Shown here: positions 1 through 9,790 of the stretch, in pieces
Position numbering within the stretch: position 1 is the first letter of the stretch
Layout: each line of letters begins with the position of its first letter
Assembly (NCBI GenBank): GCA_963732385.1
Contig: CAVSZB010000008.1
Coordinates: forward strand, 320,001 to 384,000
Reading direction: 5' to 3'
Length of the DNA: 64,000 nt
Origin: an uncultured bacterium
Lineage (GTDB): Bacteria; Krumholzibacteriota; Krumholzibacteriia; LZORAL124-64-63
The notes under the pieces: generated by a model
What the model saw: the letters and a program-made list of their open reading frames with translations, nothing else
Databases searched by the model: none
Told to the model about the DNA's origin: nothing
Made by a program: the position numbers and the translations under genes

Positions 1-1167
1 GCAGGCCGACCGGCGCAGCGCCGCGGCGGCGTGGCGCCGGCGCAGGTGCGGTTCGCGCGCGTAGCGCGCCATCGCCGCGGCGAGCGGCTCGGGCTCCGGT
101 TCGACGAGCAACCCATCTTCTCCGTCGGTCACCATTTCCGGGATACCGCCACGTGGCGATGCCACGACCGGCAGCCCGCGGCAGTGTGCCTCCAGGATCG
201 TCAGTGGCGCCACCTCGTGCCAGCGCGCCGGCAGGACCAGGAACGCCGCCTCCGCGAACGCCGCTTCGCGCGCCGCGCCGGTGACACGGCCGAGATAGCG
301 GCAGCGTTCGCCGTGGGGCGCGCAGAAGGCGGCCACCTCGCCCGCGAGCGGTCCGGCGCCCGCCAGGGCGAATGCGAAGCCGGGGGGTCCGTCGGGACCG
401 AGCAGTCGCGCCGCCGCCGCCAGCAGTTCGCGCACCCCCTTGTGCACGTGGAGCTGCCCCATGAAGAGGCCGCGTACCGGTGCGTCGGGCCGGTCCGGCG
501 GTGGGGCGGGGTGAGGCTCCGGGGCGTTGCGCACCACGGCGGAGCGCGCGTTCGCGAAGGCCCCCGAGGCCAGATGCCGTTCCAGCGTGAAACGGGCCGG
601 CGCCGTCACGATGTCCACCCCCTCCGTCGCGGCCAGTTTGGCGCGGGCGAGCAGCCGGCAGGGGAGCGGCGGGGCGTCGCAGAGTGAACCGCGGCTGCGC
701 AGCAGGGTTGTGCGTGCGCACAGCAATTGGTAGTCGTGCAGTGTGTGGACGACCGGCACCCCCTCGCGGCGGGCGGCGCGCCAGACCGCGGTCGTCAGGC
801 CGGCCAGGTTGTGCGTGTGGACGACATCGGGCCGGACCCGGCGCATCGCCTCGCGCGCCAGTCGTTCCCAGCCCGCCGCACGCGCCTGCATGGCGTGGTG
901 TGCGGCCCGCACCGGCAGCGGCGCGGTCGCGCCGCCGCCGTCGAGCAGGTCGTACAGCCCGACGAACGGCGCTTCGCGCACCGTGCCGTCGATCCCTTCC
1001 ACCGTCCGCTCGGCGAGTTGCCACCGTCCGCCCCGGCGGCCGGTGGTGGCGAGGACATCCACCGCGTGGCCGCGTGACGTGAGCGCGCGGGCCAGATGCA
1101 GCACCACCTCCTCAGCGCCGCCGATCTGCCGCGGGTGGAAGACGCTGTTGACGAGCAGGATCCTCAC
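1..1167 (-). CDS. Glycosyltransferase family 4 (GT-B); 3' end runs off the window
   Basis: Absent from the ORF track because there is no stop in the window. Manual translation from GTG 1167 gives MRILLVNSVFHPRQIGGAEEVVLHLARAL...; the C-terminal part reads LPARWHEVAPLTILEAHCRGLPVVASPRGGIPEMVTDGEDGLLV, the GT4 E-x7-E region. GTGA overlap with the upstream gene's stop. Confidence 0.9.
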   Translation of the reverse strand, partial: MRILLVNSVFHPRQIGGAEEVVLHLARALTSRGHAVDVLATTGRRGGRWQLAERTVEGIDGTVREAPFVGLYDLLDGGGATAPLPVRAAHHAMQARAAGWERLAREAMRRVRPDVVHTHNLAGLTTAVWRAARREGVPVVHTLHDYQLLCARTTLLRSRGSLCDAPPLPCRLLARAKLAATEGVDIVTAPARFTLERHLASGAFANARSAVVRNAPEPHPAPPPDRPDAPVRGLFMGQLHVHKGVRELLAAAARLLGPDGPPGFAFALAGAGPLAGEVAAFCAPHGERCRYLGRVTGAAREAAFAEAAFLVLPARWHEVAPLTILEAHCRGLPVVASPRGGIPEMVTDGEDGLLVEPEPEPLAAAMARYAREPHLRRRHAAAALRRSAC

Positions 1168-2360
1168 GCCGGCTCCTTCCGGTTGGATCCGCGCGGTGCG
1201 GTGGTGGCCACCATCCAGGCCGTCAGGACGATGAAGGTCGGGTTGTTGCCGTGTTCTTCGAAGAAGAACAGGCCCAACGTCTGCAACGCCAGGGCGGCGG
1301 TGAGCCAGCGCGCCGAGCCGGGTCCGCCCCAGAGACCGGCGCTGTTGCGCAGCAGTGCCCAGGCGACCCACGCGGCCACCGGCAGCCCGAACACCGCCGC
1401 CAGTTGCAGGAAGGCGTTGTGCATGGACGGGTTGTCGAGCGCGTCGATGAGCGCCTCCGCGCTCGCCTCCACGCCGCGGCCCAGGGGGGTTTCGGAGACC
1501 AGGACGAGTCCGACGAGGTTGCTGGCCAGACGCTCGCCTCTGTTGATGGCGACATTGCCCTGGTCCTCCCACCGCACCTGCCCCCCTGGAGGTCCGAACC
1601 AGAGCAGCAACGGCAGCACCACGGCGCCGAGCGCCGCGCCGATCCGCAGCGCCGCCACCGGGCGCCGGGAAAAAGCGCCGCAGGCCAGCGTCACCAGCGC
1701 CGCGATGATCAACGGCGAGCGCGAGGAGGTGATGTGTCCCCCAGCCAGCAGCAGCAGGATGCCGACGACCGGGGTCCAGAGTCGAGCGCCGGCGGAGAAG
1801 TAGAGGTACAGACTGACCGGCGCGAGCAGGCTTGCCACCGCTGCGCTGGCGTTGGCGTGCCCGTGCATGCCGGGGTAGCGCCAGAACTGATCGAGGTCGG
1901 AGAGGACGGAGTCGCGGGCGGCCAGGCCCAGACGCGCGGTCAGGTCGAGCAGCCCGAAATTCTGCGCCACGAGCACGGCCACGTTGGCCGCCAGTCCCCA
2001 CCAGAGTCCCCAGGCGAGCCGACGCCGCGCAGTGGGCGCGGCGGCGACCTCGGCCAGCGCCAGGCCCCACGGCACGGCCAACAGCCAGCGCGCCCCCAGA
2101 AGCATCGTGGCGGAGCGGCCGCTGGTGGCCGCGAGCACCGTCCAGACCGCCACCGGCGCTGCGAGCACCGCCAGCGCGGCGAGCGGTGCGCCCGGTACGC
2201 CCCGTCCCGCCAGCCTGCGGAACAGCCAGACGGCGAGGACCAGACCCAGCGCGTCGGTCAGGCGGGGCGAGCCGGCCGAGCCCGGCAGCAGGTAGACGTT
2301 CGCCACAAGGGTGAAACCCAGCAGCCAGGGGACCGCGGCCCGCGCTCTGCCGTCGTCCAA
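1164..2360 (-). CDS. O-antigen ligase / Wzy-like polytopic membrane protein
   Basis: Many hydrophobic segments plus TPLGRG and SMHNAFLQLAAVFG motifs typical of the Wzy_C/WaaL family. Start uncertain (TTG 2360 chosen; ORF is open to 2480). Confidence 0.7.
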   Translation of the reverse strand: MDDGRARAAVPWLLGFTLVANVYLLPGSAGSPRLTDALGLVLAVWLFRRLAGRGVPGAPLAALAVLAAPVAVWTVLAATSGRSATMLLGARWLLAVPWGLALAEVAAAPTARRRLAWGLWWGLAANVAVLVAQNFGLLDLTARLGLAARDSVLSDLDQFWRYPGMHGHANASAAVASLLAPVSLYLYFSAGARLWTPVVGILLLLAGGHITSSRSPLIIAALVTLACGAFSRRPVAALRIGAALGAVVLPLLLWFGPPGGQVRWEDQGNVAINRGERLASNLVGLVLVSETPLGRGVEASAEALIDALDNPSMHNAFLQLAAVFGLPVAAWVAWALLRNSAGLWGGPGSARWLTAALALQTLGLFFFEEHGNNPTFIVLTAWMVATTAPRGSNRKEPA

Positions 2361-2800
2361 GGGCGAAAACCTCGCGCCAGGAGGGTAACCGGCATTCCGG
2401 CGCCGTGGCAAAAGGGGGGGACGGCCCGGTCTGTGCGGCGAAGTATTGGGGACTCCTCCCGGCCTGTCAAGCCGGGGCAAGATGGCGCGAATTGCGCTTG
2501 CACCCCCCCCGGAGACGATGCTAACATAACCCGACCGATCCGCCGCTTATGCCTCGGAAGGCGGGTCGGGAAAGGGTTCCGCCTCCGTGTATTCTCCGGC
2601 TTGGATTCAGCCCGCATGCTCCCGCGATTTGTCGTGCACGCCTGCGCAGGCCAACCTGCCCGAGCCCGCTGGTCCTGGACTCCTACAGCCTTCGAGATGC
2701 CTGGTCGGGATCGCGTCCGCCGCGCGTAATTTGCGGCGTCTGTGAAGATCCGAGGTCTGGGGCCGGACTCGCCGGCCGCTTCATCCGCAGGAGTGTCGTC

Positions 2801-3121
2801 ATGGACATTTACGTGGGCAACATGTCTTACACCACCACCGCCGAGACCCTTCGTGCGCTCTTCGAGGAGCATGGCACCGTCGCGTCCGCCAAGATCGTGC
2901 TCGATCGCGAGACGGGCCGCCCCCGCGGCTTCGGCTTCATCGAGATGCCGAATGACGACGAGGGCCGCGCGGCCATCGCCGCCATCGACGGCAAGGAGTT
3001 CGAGAGCCGCACGCTGAAGGTCAATCAGGCGCAGCCGAAGCAGGCCCGCGGCCCGATGGGCGGCGGCGGCGGTGGTGGTGGCGGCGGTTCGCGCCCCCCG
3101 CGTCGCAATAACAGCTGGTAG
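2801..3121 (+). CDS. RRM-domain RNA-binding protein with Gly-rich tail
   Basis: RNP2 IYVGNM and RNP1 RGFGFIEM motifs, poly-Gly C-terminus, AGGAG RBS upstream of ATG 2801. Confidence 0.95.
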   Translation: MDIYVGNMSYTTTAETLRALFEEHGTVASAKIVLDRETGRPRGFGFIEMPNDDEGRAAIAAIDGKEFESRTLKVNQAQPKQARGPMGGGGGGGGGGSRPPRRNNSW

Positions 3122-3160
3122 TCCGAAGGCGGCTCGTGCGTTTGCAGGCGTGTATGAGCG

Positions 3161-3186
3161 GGGCCCCGGCCGTCAGGCCGGGGCTT
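3161..3186 (+). terminator. GC-rich hairpin downstream of the RRM gene
   Basis: GGCCCCGGCC-gtca-GGCCGGGGCT stem-loop; only a short T tail. Confidence 0.4.
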
Positions 3187-3230
3187 CGCGTATCCGGCGC
3201 CGGCACGCGTCGGCAGGAAGGAGGGCCGCG

Positions 3231-3743
3231 ATGCGCCGGACGGTGATCGGAGTGATGGGCGGCAGCGAGGCGGATGCCGCCACGCTCACCACGGCCCGCT
3301 TACTCGGCAGCCTGATCGCTCGCGAGGGGTGGGTGCTGCTCAACGGCGGTCGCGCCGGCGGCGTGATGGGGGCCTGTGCGCGTGGCGCGCGGGAGGCGGG
3401 CGGCCTGACCATCGGCGTCCTGTTCGACGACGATCGCGAGGCGGCTTCGCCCGACCTCGACCTGGTCATCCCGACCGGGCTGGGCTGCGCCCGCAACATC
3501 GTCAACGTGCTGGCCAGCGACGTCGTGATCGCCTGCCGTGGCAACGGCGGCACCCTCTCGGAGATTGCCCTGGCGCTGCGGGTGGAGCGGCCGGTCGTGC
3601 TGCTCGACTTCGACCCCGGACGCGTGTTTCTCGACCTGTGCGGCCCCCCCGGCGGTTCCGGCGGCCGTTGGCGCCATGCCGCCACGCCGGCCGAGGCGGT
3701 GGCCCACGCGCGCGAGATCCTGGCCGCCGTCGGTCGCGCCTGA
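3231..3743 (+). CDS. LOG family Rossmann-fold nucleotide-binding protein (TIGR00725-like)
   Basis: IGVMGG, LNGGRAGGVMGA, TGLGCARN and GNGGTLSEIALA motifs; AGGAGG RBS. Confidence 0.88.
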   Translation: MRRTVIGVMGGSEADAATLTTARLLGSLIAREGWVLLNGGRAGGVMGACARGAREAGGLTIGVLFDDDREAASPDLDLVIPTGLGCARNIVNVLASDVVIACRGNGGTLSEIALALRVERPVVLLDFDPGRVFLDLCGPPGGSGGRWRHAATPAEAVAHAREILAAVGRA

Positions 3744-3755
3744 AGGGAGACGACC

Positions 3756-4898
3756 GTGTCCGCTCCGATCTACCTCGACCACAATGCCAGCACGCCGCTC
3801 TGCGCCGCGGCGCGCGCGGCGATGCTGCCCCTGCTCGACGACGCCTTCGGCAACCCGTCGAGCGGGCACTGGGCCGGGCGACCGGCGCGCCTCGCCGTGG
3901 AGCGGGCGCGCGGCGAGGTGGCGGCGCTGCTGGGGGCGCAGCCGGACGAACTCATCTTCACCAGCGGCGGCAGCGAAGGAAACAACGCGGCGCTGGCCGG
4001 CGTCTGGCGGGCGCGCGGCGGCCCCGGCGGCCGCGTCATCATTTCCGCGGTGGAACATCCGGCGGTGGTGGAACCGTGCCGCCGGCTGGCGCGGGAGGGG
4101 GCGCGGGTGGTTGCGCTGCCGGTCGACGCGCGGGGGCTGGTCGATCCCGCCGACCTCGCGCGGGAACTGGCGCGCGGCGACGGAGAGGTGGCGCTGGTAT
4201 CGGTCATGCACGCCAACAACGAAACCGGCGCCCTGCAGCCGGTGGCCGAGCTGGCTCGCCTGGCGCATGCCGCCGGCGCGCTTTTCCACACGGACGCTGC
4301 GCAGAGTTGCGGCAAGGTGCCGGTCGAGGTCGACAGCCTCGGCGTGGATCTGCTGTCGCTGGCAGGGCACAAGCTGTACGGTCCGAAGGGGGTCGGCGCG
4401 CTGTACATTCGACGCTCCACGCCGTGGGCGCCGCTGATTCTCGGGGCGGCTCACGAAGGGGGCCGACGCGCCGGCACCGAGAGCGCGTTGTTGTGCGCCG
4501 GGCTGGGGGCGGCGGCGGTGGCCGCCGCGGCGGCGCTGCCGGAGCGGGAAGGGGTGCGGCGGTTGCGCGACGACCTCTGGGTGCGGTTGCGGACCGGCCT
4601 GGGCGCCGGCGTGGTTCTGCTCGGCCCGGAGGCGGAGCGGCTGCCCGGCACGCTCTACGTCGGTTTCCGGGGGCACGTCGGCGGGGATCTGCTGGCCCGC
4701 TGCCCCGACCTTGCCGCCTCCACCGGCGCTGCCTGCCACGACGGCGGCCGGGAGCTGTCGGCCACGCTGCGGGCGATGGGGGTCGCGCCGGAAATCGGCC
4801 TGGGGGCCGTGCGGCTTTCGCTGGGGCGCGACAACACCGCTGAAGAGGTGGCGCGGGCGGCCGAAATACTGATCGCGGCCGCCGGCGCGGGGGGTTGA
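3756..4898 (+). CDS. Cysteine desulfurase, IscS/NifS type (class V PLP enzyme)
   Basis: IYLDHNASTP, FGNPSS, FTSGGSEGNN, HTDAAQ, GHKLYGPKG (PLP Lys) and STGAAC (catalytic Cys). Confidence 0.92.
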   Translation: MSAPIYLDHNASTPLCAAARAAMLPLLDDAFGNPSSGHWAGRPARLAVERARGEVAALLGAQPDELIFTSGGSEGNNAALAGVWRARGGPGGRVIISAVEHPAVVEPCRRLAREGARVVALPVDARGLVDPADLARELARGDGEVALVSVMHANNETGALQPVAELARLAHAAGALFHTDAAQSCGKVPVEVDSLGVDLLSLAGHKLYGPKGVGALYIRRSTPWAPLILGAAHEGGRRAGTESALLCAGLGAAAVAAAAALPEREGVRRLRDDLWVRLRTGLGAGVVLLGPEAERLPGTLYVGFRGHVGGDLLARCPDLAASTGAACHDGGRELSATLRAMGVAPEIGLGAVRLSLGRDNTAEEVARAAEILIAAAGAGG

Positions 4899-4979
4899 GG
4901 CGCCCGGCCGGTTGCCGGCAGGTGGAGATCGTACCAGGTGCCGCGTTCCCTGGGAGGGGGACGGGAGGGAACCCCGACC

Positions 4980-7004
4980 ATGTGCGGAATCTGCGGTGCC
5001 TGCGCCCTGGACGGATCGCTCGTGGCGCCGCCCGGCGCGCCGGAGCGGATGATCGGCGCCCTGGCGCATCGCGGTCCGGACGAGTTCGGCGCCTGGCGCG
5101 ACGACACGGTCTTTCTCGGCCACGCCCGTCTGAGCATCATCGACCTCTCGACCGGTCAACAGCCGCTCACCAACGAGGACGGCTCGCTCTGGATCACCTT
5201 CAACGGCGAGATCTTCAACTACCCGGAACTGCGGGTCGAGCTGGAGGCGCGGGGCCACCGCTTCCGCACCCGTTCCGACACCGAGACCATCGTGCATGCT
5301 TACGAACAGTGGGGCGAGGCGTGCGTGGATCGTTTCAACGGGCAGTGGGCGTTCGCGATCTGGGACACCCGCCGCCGCTGTCTCCTGCTCGCGCGCGACC
5401 GTTACGGCGTGCGCCCGCTCTACTGGGCGCGCCACGGCGACCTCCTGCTGTTCGGCTCCGAGATCAAGACGCTGCTGGCGTGGCCCGGCTTCCGGGCTCC
5501 GGTCGACCCGGCGGCGGTGGCCGAGGTCTTCACCACCTGGGTGAACGTGCCGCCCGCCACCCCGTTCAGCGGCGTGAACCAGTTGCCGCCTGGACACACC
5601 GCGCTGCTCGACCTGTCGCGGCCGGTCGCCGCCGGAGACGCTGCGCTGCAGCCGCGCCGCTACTGGCATCCCTCCTTCCTGCCGGCGACGGAGGATCACC
5701 GTTTCGTGTCGCGCGCAGAACGGCGGCAGATGGCGGACCGGGTGCGCGAGGCGCTGGTCAACGCGGTGACGATCCGGCTGCGCGCCGACGTGCCGGTGGG
5801 GGCCTACCTGTCGGGCGGTCTCGACTCGTCGGCCACGGCCGCCCTCGTGCGCCACTACACATCGCACTATCTGCGCACCTTCTCCGTCGGGTTCGAAGAT
5901 CCCGCTTATGACGAAACGGTCTGGCAGCAGGAGATGGCGCAGCGTCTCGGCACCGAGCACACGGCGATCCGCGTCGGCGCCGCGGCGATCGCCGGCGCCT
6001 TCCCCGACGTCATCTGGCACGCCGAAACACCGCTCCTGCGCACCGCTCCTTCGCCGCTCTACGCGCTGTCCGGGCTGGTGCGGAGCGAGCAGTACAAAGT
6101 GGTGCTCACGGGGGAGGGGGCCGACGAGGTGTTCGTCGGCTACGACATCCATCGCGAGGCAAAGGTCCGCGCCTTCTGGGCGCGTCGCCCGTCGGACCGG
6201 CGGCGTTCGCTGCTGCTGACCCGGCTCTACCCCTATCTGGCACAGTCGCCGCCCGATTTCCTGGCCGGGTTCTACGGCGTGGGGCTCGACGGGGTCGACG
6301 CAGATCCCTTCTTCGCGCACCGTCCCCGCTGGAACAACGGTCAGAAGACGCTGGCCTTCTTTCGCCCGGAGGTGCTCGAGGGTCTGGCGGCGGCCGATCC
6401 GGAAGGCCGTCTGCAGGCGACGTTGCCGGCGGAGTTCTCCGGCTGGGGTCCGGTGGCCCGGTGCCAGTATCTGGAGATGACGACCTTCCTGTCCGGCTAT
6501 CTCCTTTCTTCGCAGGGAGACAGGATGCTCATGGGGCACTCCGTGGAGGGGCGGTTCCCATTCCTGGACCGGGACGTGGGGGCCCTGGCGGCCTCCCTGC
6601 CGGTCTCGGTCAAGCTCGAGTCGCTGAAAGAAAAGTCGATTCTCAAGCAGAGTGTGGCGGATCTGCTGCCAGCCGGTATTCTGGGGCGGCCCAAACAGCC
6701 GTACCGGGCGCCCGACAGCGCAGCCTTCCGCGACGGCGGGCAGGCCGACCTGGTCGGGGAGCTGCTGACGCCGGAGGCGCTGGCGGCCACCGGATTCTGG
6801 TTGCCGGAGCGGGTGGCGGCGCTGCTGCGCAAGTGGCGGGCCGGTCCCCTGACGAGCGCACGCGAGAACATGGCCTTCATCGGCATCCTGAGCGCTCAGA
6901 TCCTGGCCCGGCAGTTCGGACCGGAACTGGAGGAGCGCCTGGCGAGCACGGCCCTCGCTCCGGAGCGGTTGGTCTGGCGATCGCGGTCCGCGCCGCTGGT
7001 CTGA
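4980..7004 (+). CDS. asnB: Asparagine synthase (glutamine-hydrolysing) family amidotransferase
   Basis: N-terminal MCGI (Ntn Cys), HRGPD, RLSIID, FNGEIFN, YLSGGLDSS, LTGEGADE, EGRFPFLD. The acceptor may not be free aspartate given the neighbouring carrier protein. Confidence 0.92.
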   Translation: MCGICGACALDGSLVAPPGAPERMIGALAHRGPDEFGAWRDDTVFLGHARLSIIDLSTGQQPLTNEDGSLWITFNGEIFNYPELRVELEARGHRFRTRSDTETIVHAYEQWGEACVDRFNGQWAFAIWDTRRRCLLLARDRYGVRPLYWARHGDLLLFGSEIKTLLAWPGFRAPVDPAAVAEVFTTWVNVPPATPFSGVNQLPPGHTALLDLSRPVAAGDAALQPRRYWHPSFLPATEDHRFVSRAERRQMADRVREALVNAVTIRLRADVPVGAYLSGGLDSSATAALVRHYTSHYLRTFSVGFEDPAYDETVWQQEMAQRLGTEHTAIRVGAAAIAGAFPDVIWHAETPLLRTAPSPLYALSGLVRSEQYKVVLTGEGADEVFVGYDIHREAKVRAFWARRPSDRRRSLLLTRLYPYLAQSPPDFLAGFYGVGLDGVDADPFFAHRPRWNNGQKTLAFFRPEVLEGLAAADPEGRLQATLPAEFSGWGPVARCQYLEMTTFLSGYLLSSQGDRMLMGHSVEGRFPFLDRDVGALAASLPVSVKLESLKEKSILKQSVADLLPAGILGRPKQPYRAPDSAAFRDGGQADLVGELLTPEALAATGFWLPERVAALLRKWRAGPLTSARENMAFIGILSAQILARQFGPELEERLASTALAPERLVWRSRSAPLV

Positions 7005-7048
7005 CGCCGCGTGCATGGACGCTGACAAGACTCAGAGAGGATGACAGG

Positions 7049-7300
7049 ATGCAATTACGGGAGCAGATCCGGGGTTTCATCATCGAAAACTTTCTCTTCG
7101 GTGACGCTGAACCGCTGACCGACGACGCCGTCTCGCTGCTCGACAACGGCATCGTCGACTCGGTCGGCGTCATGGAGATGGTCGCCTGGCTGGAGCAGAA
7201 CCACGGTCTGAAGGTCGAGGACCAGGAACTCGTGCCGGAGAACTTCGACTCGGTGGAGCGGCTGGTCAGCTTCGTGGAGCGCAAGCAGGGGAGCCGCTGA
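7049..7300 (+). CDS. Acyl/aminoacyl carrier protein
   Basis: 83-aa acidic protein with GIVDSVG phosphopantetheine-Ser motif and PENFDSV. Confidence 0.9.
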   Translation: MQLREQIRGFIIENFLFGDAEPLTDDAVSLLDNGIVDSVGVMEMVAWLEQNHGLKVEDQELVPENFDSVERLVSFVERKQGSR

Positions 7301-7301
7301 A

Positions 7302-8831
7302 GTGCTGGTCCATCGGATGCTCGAGGCGAGCGCCGACCGCACGCCCGACGCGATCCTGCTTGCCCACGGTCCCGAACGTTTCACCTACGCCGACGCCGAG
7401 TCGCGCGCCAACCGCCTCGCGGCCCTGCTCGCCGCGCAGGGCGTGGCGCGGGGCGACCGCGTGGGGCTGCTGGCCGAGAACGGGATCGAGTACCTCGCCG
7501 GCTTCTTCGGCATCCTCAAGGCGGGCGGCTGCGTGGTGGCGCTCAACAGCGCCAACAAGCCGCACACCTCCGGGCAGCTGCTGGCTGACTCCGGCGCCGT
7601 CGGGCTGGTCACGCGCGTGGCGCAGGCGCGCCGCGAACTGCCCGAGATCATCGCCGACTGTTCGGCGCTGCGCTGCGTCGTGACCGACCAGACGGCTCCG
7701 CACTGGGCGCTGCCGGCCGGCGTCGCCGTGCTGACGTCGTCCGATGTCGCGGCGCGTCCCGCCGCGCGTCCCGCCGTCGCGCTCGAGCCGGCGGATCTGG
7801 CGGCCATCCTTTACACCAGCGGTTCCACCGGCGTGCCGCGCGGCGCCACGCTGACGCACGGCAACCTCTGCGCCAACACGCGCCAGATCCTCGACTACCT
7901 GCACCTGACCGCCGACGACAGCGTGCTCGTCGTGCTGCCGTTCCACTACTCGTTCGGCAAGTCGCTGCTGCTGACCCACGTGAAAGTAGGCGGCCGGCTC
8001 GTGGTGGACAATCGCTTCGCCTACCCGCAGGTGATCGTCGAGACGCTCGCGGCGGAGCGCTGCACCGGCTTTTCCGGCGTGCCGTCGACCTACGCGATCC
8101 TCGGCAGCAAGACCGATTTCCTCGCGCGTGAACATCCGCATTTGCGCTACATCACTCAGGCCGGCGGCGCCATGGCGCCGGCCCTCGTGCGCCGCATCCG
8201 CGAGGCGCTGCCGGCGCGCATCGATGTCTTCGTCATGTACGGCCAGACCGAGGCGTGCGCACGGCTGTCGTATCTGCCGCCCGCCCGCCTGCTCGAGAAG
8301 CTCGGCGCGATCGGGATCGGCATCCCGGGCGTGTCGCTGACCGTGCGGCGAGAGGACGGCAGCGAGTGCGACACGGACGAGGTGGGGGAGATCACGGCCT
8401 CCGGCGACAACATCATGCGCGGCTATTGGCACGATCCGGAGGAGACCGCGAAGGTGCTCAGGCAGGGACGCCTGCACACCGGCGACCTCGGTCGCCGCGA
8501 TGCCGACGGCTTCATCTTCGTTGTCGACCGCCTCAAGAACATGATCAAGAGCGGCGCGCACCGCGTCAGCAGCAAGGAGATCGAGGAGACGATCCTCGAA
8601 CTGCCGGGCGTGGTCGAGGCCTGCGCGATCGGCGTGCCGGACGACCTGCTTGGCGAGGCGATCGAGGTCTACATCGTGCGCCGGGACGACGACGCCGTCG
8701 ATGCGCCGGCGATCCTGCGCCACTGCCACGCGAAGCTGGCGAAGTTCAAGCTTCCGCGCGCCGTTCACTTCATCGCCACGCTGCCCAAGAACTCGTTCGG
8801 CAAGGTGATCAAGAACGAACTGAAGGGGTAA
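7302..8831 (+). CDS. AMP-forming acyl-CoA/acyl-ACP ligase (ANL superfamily)
   Basis: YTSGSTGVPRG, MYGQTE, HTGDLG, DRLKNMIKSG and LPKNSFGKV (A10 Lys). Starts 1 nt after the carrier-protein stop. Confidence 0.92.
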   Translation: MLVHRMLEASADRTPDAILLAHGPERFTYADAESRANRLAALLAAQGVARGDRVGLLAENGIEYLAGFFGILKAGGCVVALNSANKPHTSGQLLADSGAVGLVTRVAQARRELPEIIADCSALRCVVTDQTAPHWALPAGVAVLTSSDVAARPAARPAVALEPADLAAILYTSGSTGVPRGATLTHGNLCANTRQILDYLHLTADDSVLVVLPFHYSFGKSLLLTHVKVGGRLVVDNRFAYPQVIVETLAAERCTGFSGVPSTYAILGSKTDFLAREHPHLRYITQAGGAMAPALVRRIREALPARIDVFVMYGQTEACARLSYLPPARLLEKLGAIGIGIPGVSLTVRREDGSECDTDEVGEITASGDNIMRGYWHDPEETAKVLRQGRLHTGDLGRRDADGFIFVVDRLKNMIKSGAHRVSSKEIEETILELPGVVEACAIGVPDDLLGEAIEVYIVRRDDDAVDAPAILRHCHAKLAKFKLPRAVHFIATLPKNSFGKVIKNELKG

Positions 8832-9231
8832 CGGCTTCCGCACGCGGCGTCCGTCAGGACGGCTCGACCGCCGATGCGCGTCTCTTGTTTTTGACTTATA
8901 ATCGGAACTGGCAGGAGGTCGGCGTGACCGAGACGGGACGCCGGCCCGGGGTCATAGTCGTGCCTGCTGACCAGTTGCGAACCGAGTGAGGACGTGCAGC
9001 AGGGCCTCGTGAGGGAGTATTGGCTGCCCGTGACTGGGGTGCCGGAGCAGGGGGGCGCGGGGTGTGTGTAGGGGTGTGGCGGCGCGTACGTGCAGCGGTT
9101 GCTACGGAGGCAAAAAGTGTGCGGGGGGAGGGTGGGGCCGCGCGGCGCTTCCCTCGGGAATTGCGGCGACGATGCGCGATGGGTTGCTCCATTCACGGTC
9201 CTCGTCCCGCGGTCCTGGGGATCCGGCGCCC

Positions 9232-9348
9232 GAACTGGAGGAGGTTATCGAGGCGTCATCGCGAGCGGCCGCCGACCGCTGTTTGTGCCTCGTGGTCGTG
9301 CTCGACGAAGTTCAACGCATCTTCGACTACGAGAGCGACCTCGGGGAG
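9232..9348 (+). pseudogene. Fragment resembling the Walker-B region of an AAA/ATP-binding protein
   Basis: ELEEVIEASSRAAADRCLCLVVVLDEVQRIFDYESDLGE (hhhhDE); no Walker A and no plausible full gene around it. Confidence 0.4.
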
Positions 9349-9407
9349 ACGTTTCCATATCGAGTTGCATTGCATCCCCAACCCGAAGCGTCCCCCACAA
9401 CAGGACG

Positions 9408-9718
9408 TCAAAGCGCTCCGACTTGCGCCGGCGCAAATTGCTTCTCGCCGCGGCAGGTCGTGACCGCGGCGCACTCACAATCGGGACATTGCCGGGCGAC
9501 GATCCGGGCCTTCGGCTCGGTCGGTCGGGCGTGTCCGCCCGCGGCGGAGGCGATGACAGCCTCGAGTCCGGCCAGCACCAGGTCGAGCCTGTCGGCGCCA
9601 GGCCCGGCTTGTGCGCTTTCTCGACCAGCGCCTCGAATCGCGTCAGTCGGACGCCATCGGCCTGCAGGCTGATGGTGGTCGGCGGGACGGCGACGGGTTG
9701 CGCGGGGATGCCGTAGGC
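9408..9718 (-). pseudogene. Frameshifted gene remnant with CxxC, possibly from an HNH-endonuclease-associated protein
   Basis: PPTTISLQADGVRLTRFEALVEKAHK, then a frame change near 9600, then GADRLDLVLAGLEAVI...RIVARQCPDCECAAVTTCRGEKQFAPAQVGAL-stop. The protein-like reading spans two frames; family call is from recollected resemblance only. Confidence 0.35.
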
Positions 9719-9727
9719 CAATCTGAC

Positions 9728-9790
9728 ATGAGCGGGCTGATCAACAACCGCGAGCAACGGATCCGCCATCTGAAAGAGATCATCCTCGCC
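9728..9790 (+). pseudogene. N-terminal stub resembling DUF438-domain proteins
   Basis: ATG 9728: MSGLINNREQRIRHLKEIILA, similar to the MSELINN...R...LK.II start of DUF438 proteins. The frame then runs into the antisense of cheB. Confidence 0.4.

Noticed and set aside
2481..2800. Long leader of the RRM gene as tRNA/ncRNA, and a GG-N10-GC sigma54-like site near 2483
   Set aside because: No cloverleaf, T-loop or recognisable RNA motif; the -12 element lacks TTGC in register.
8880..8905. AT-rich TTGACTTATAAT patch as a sigma70 promoter
   Set aside because: The -35-like and -10-like hexamers are adjacent with no 17-bp spacer, and no intact gene follows.
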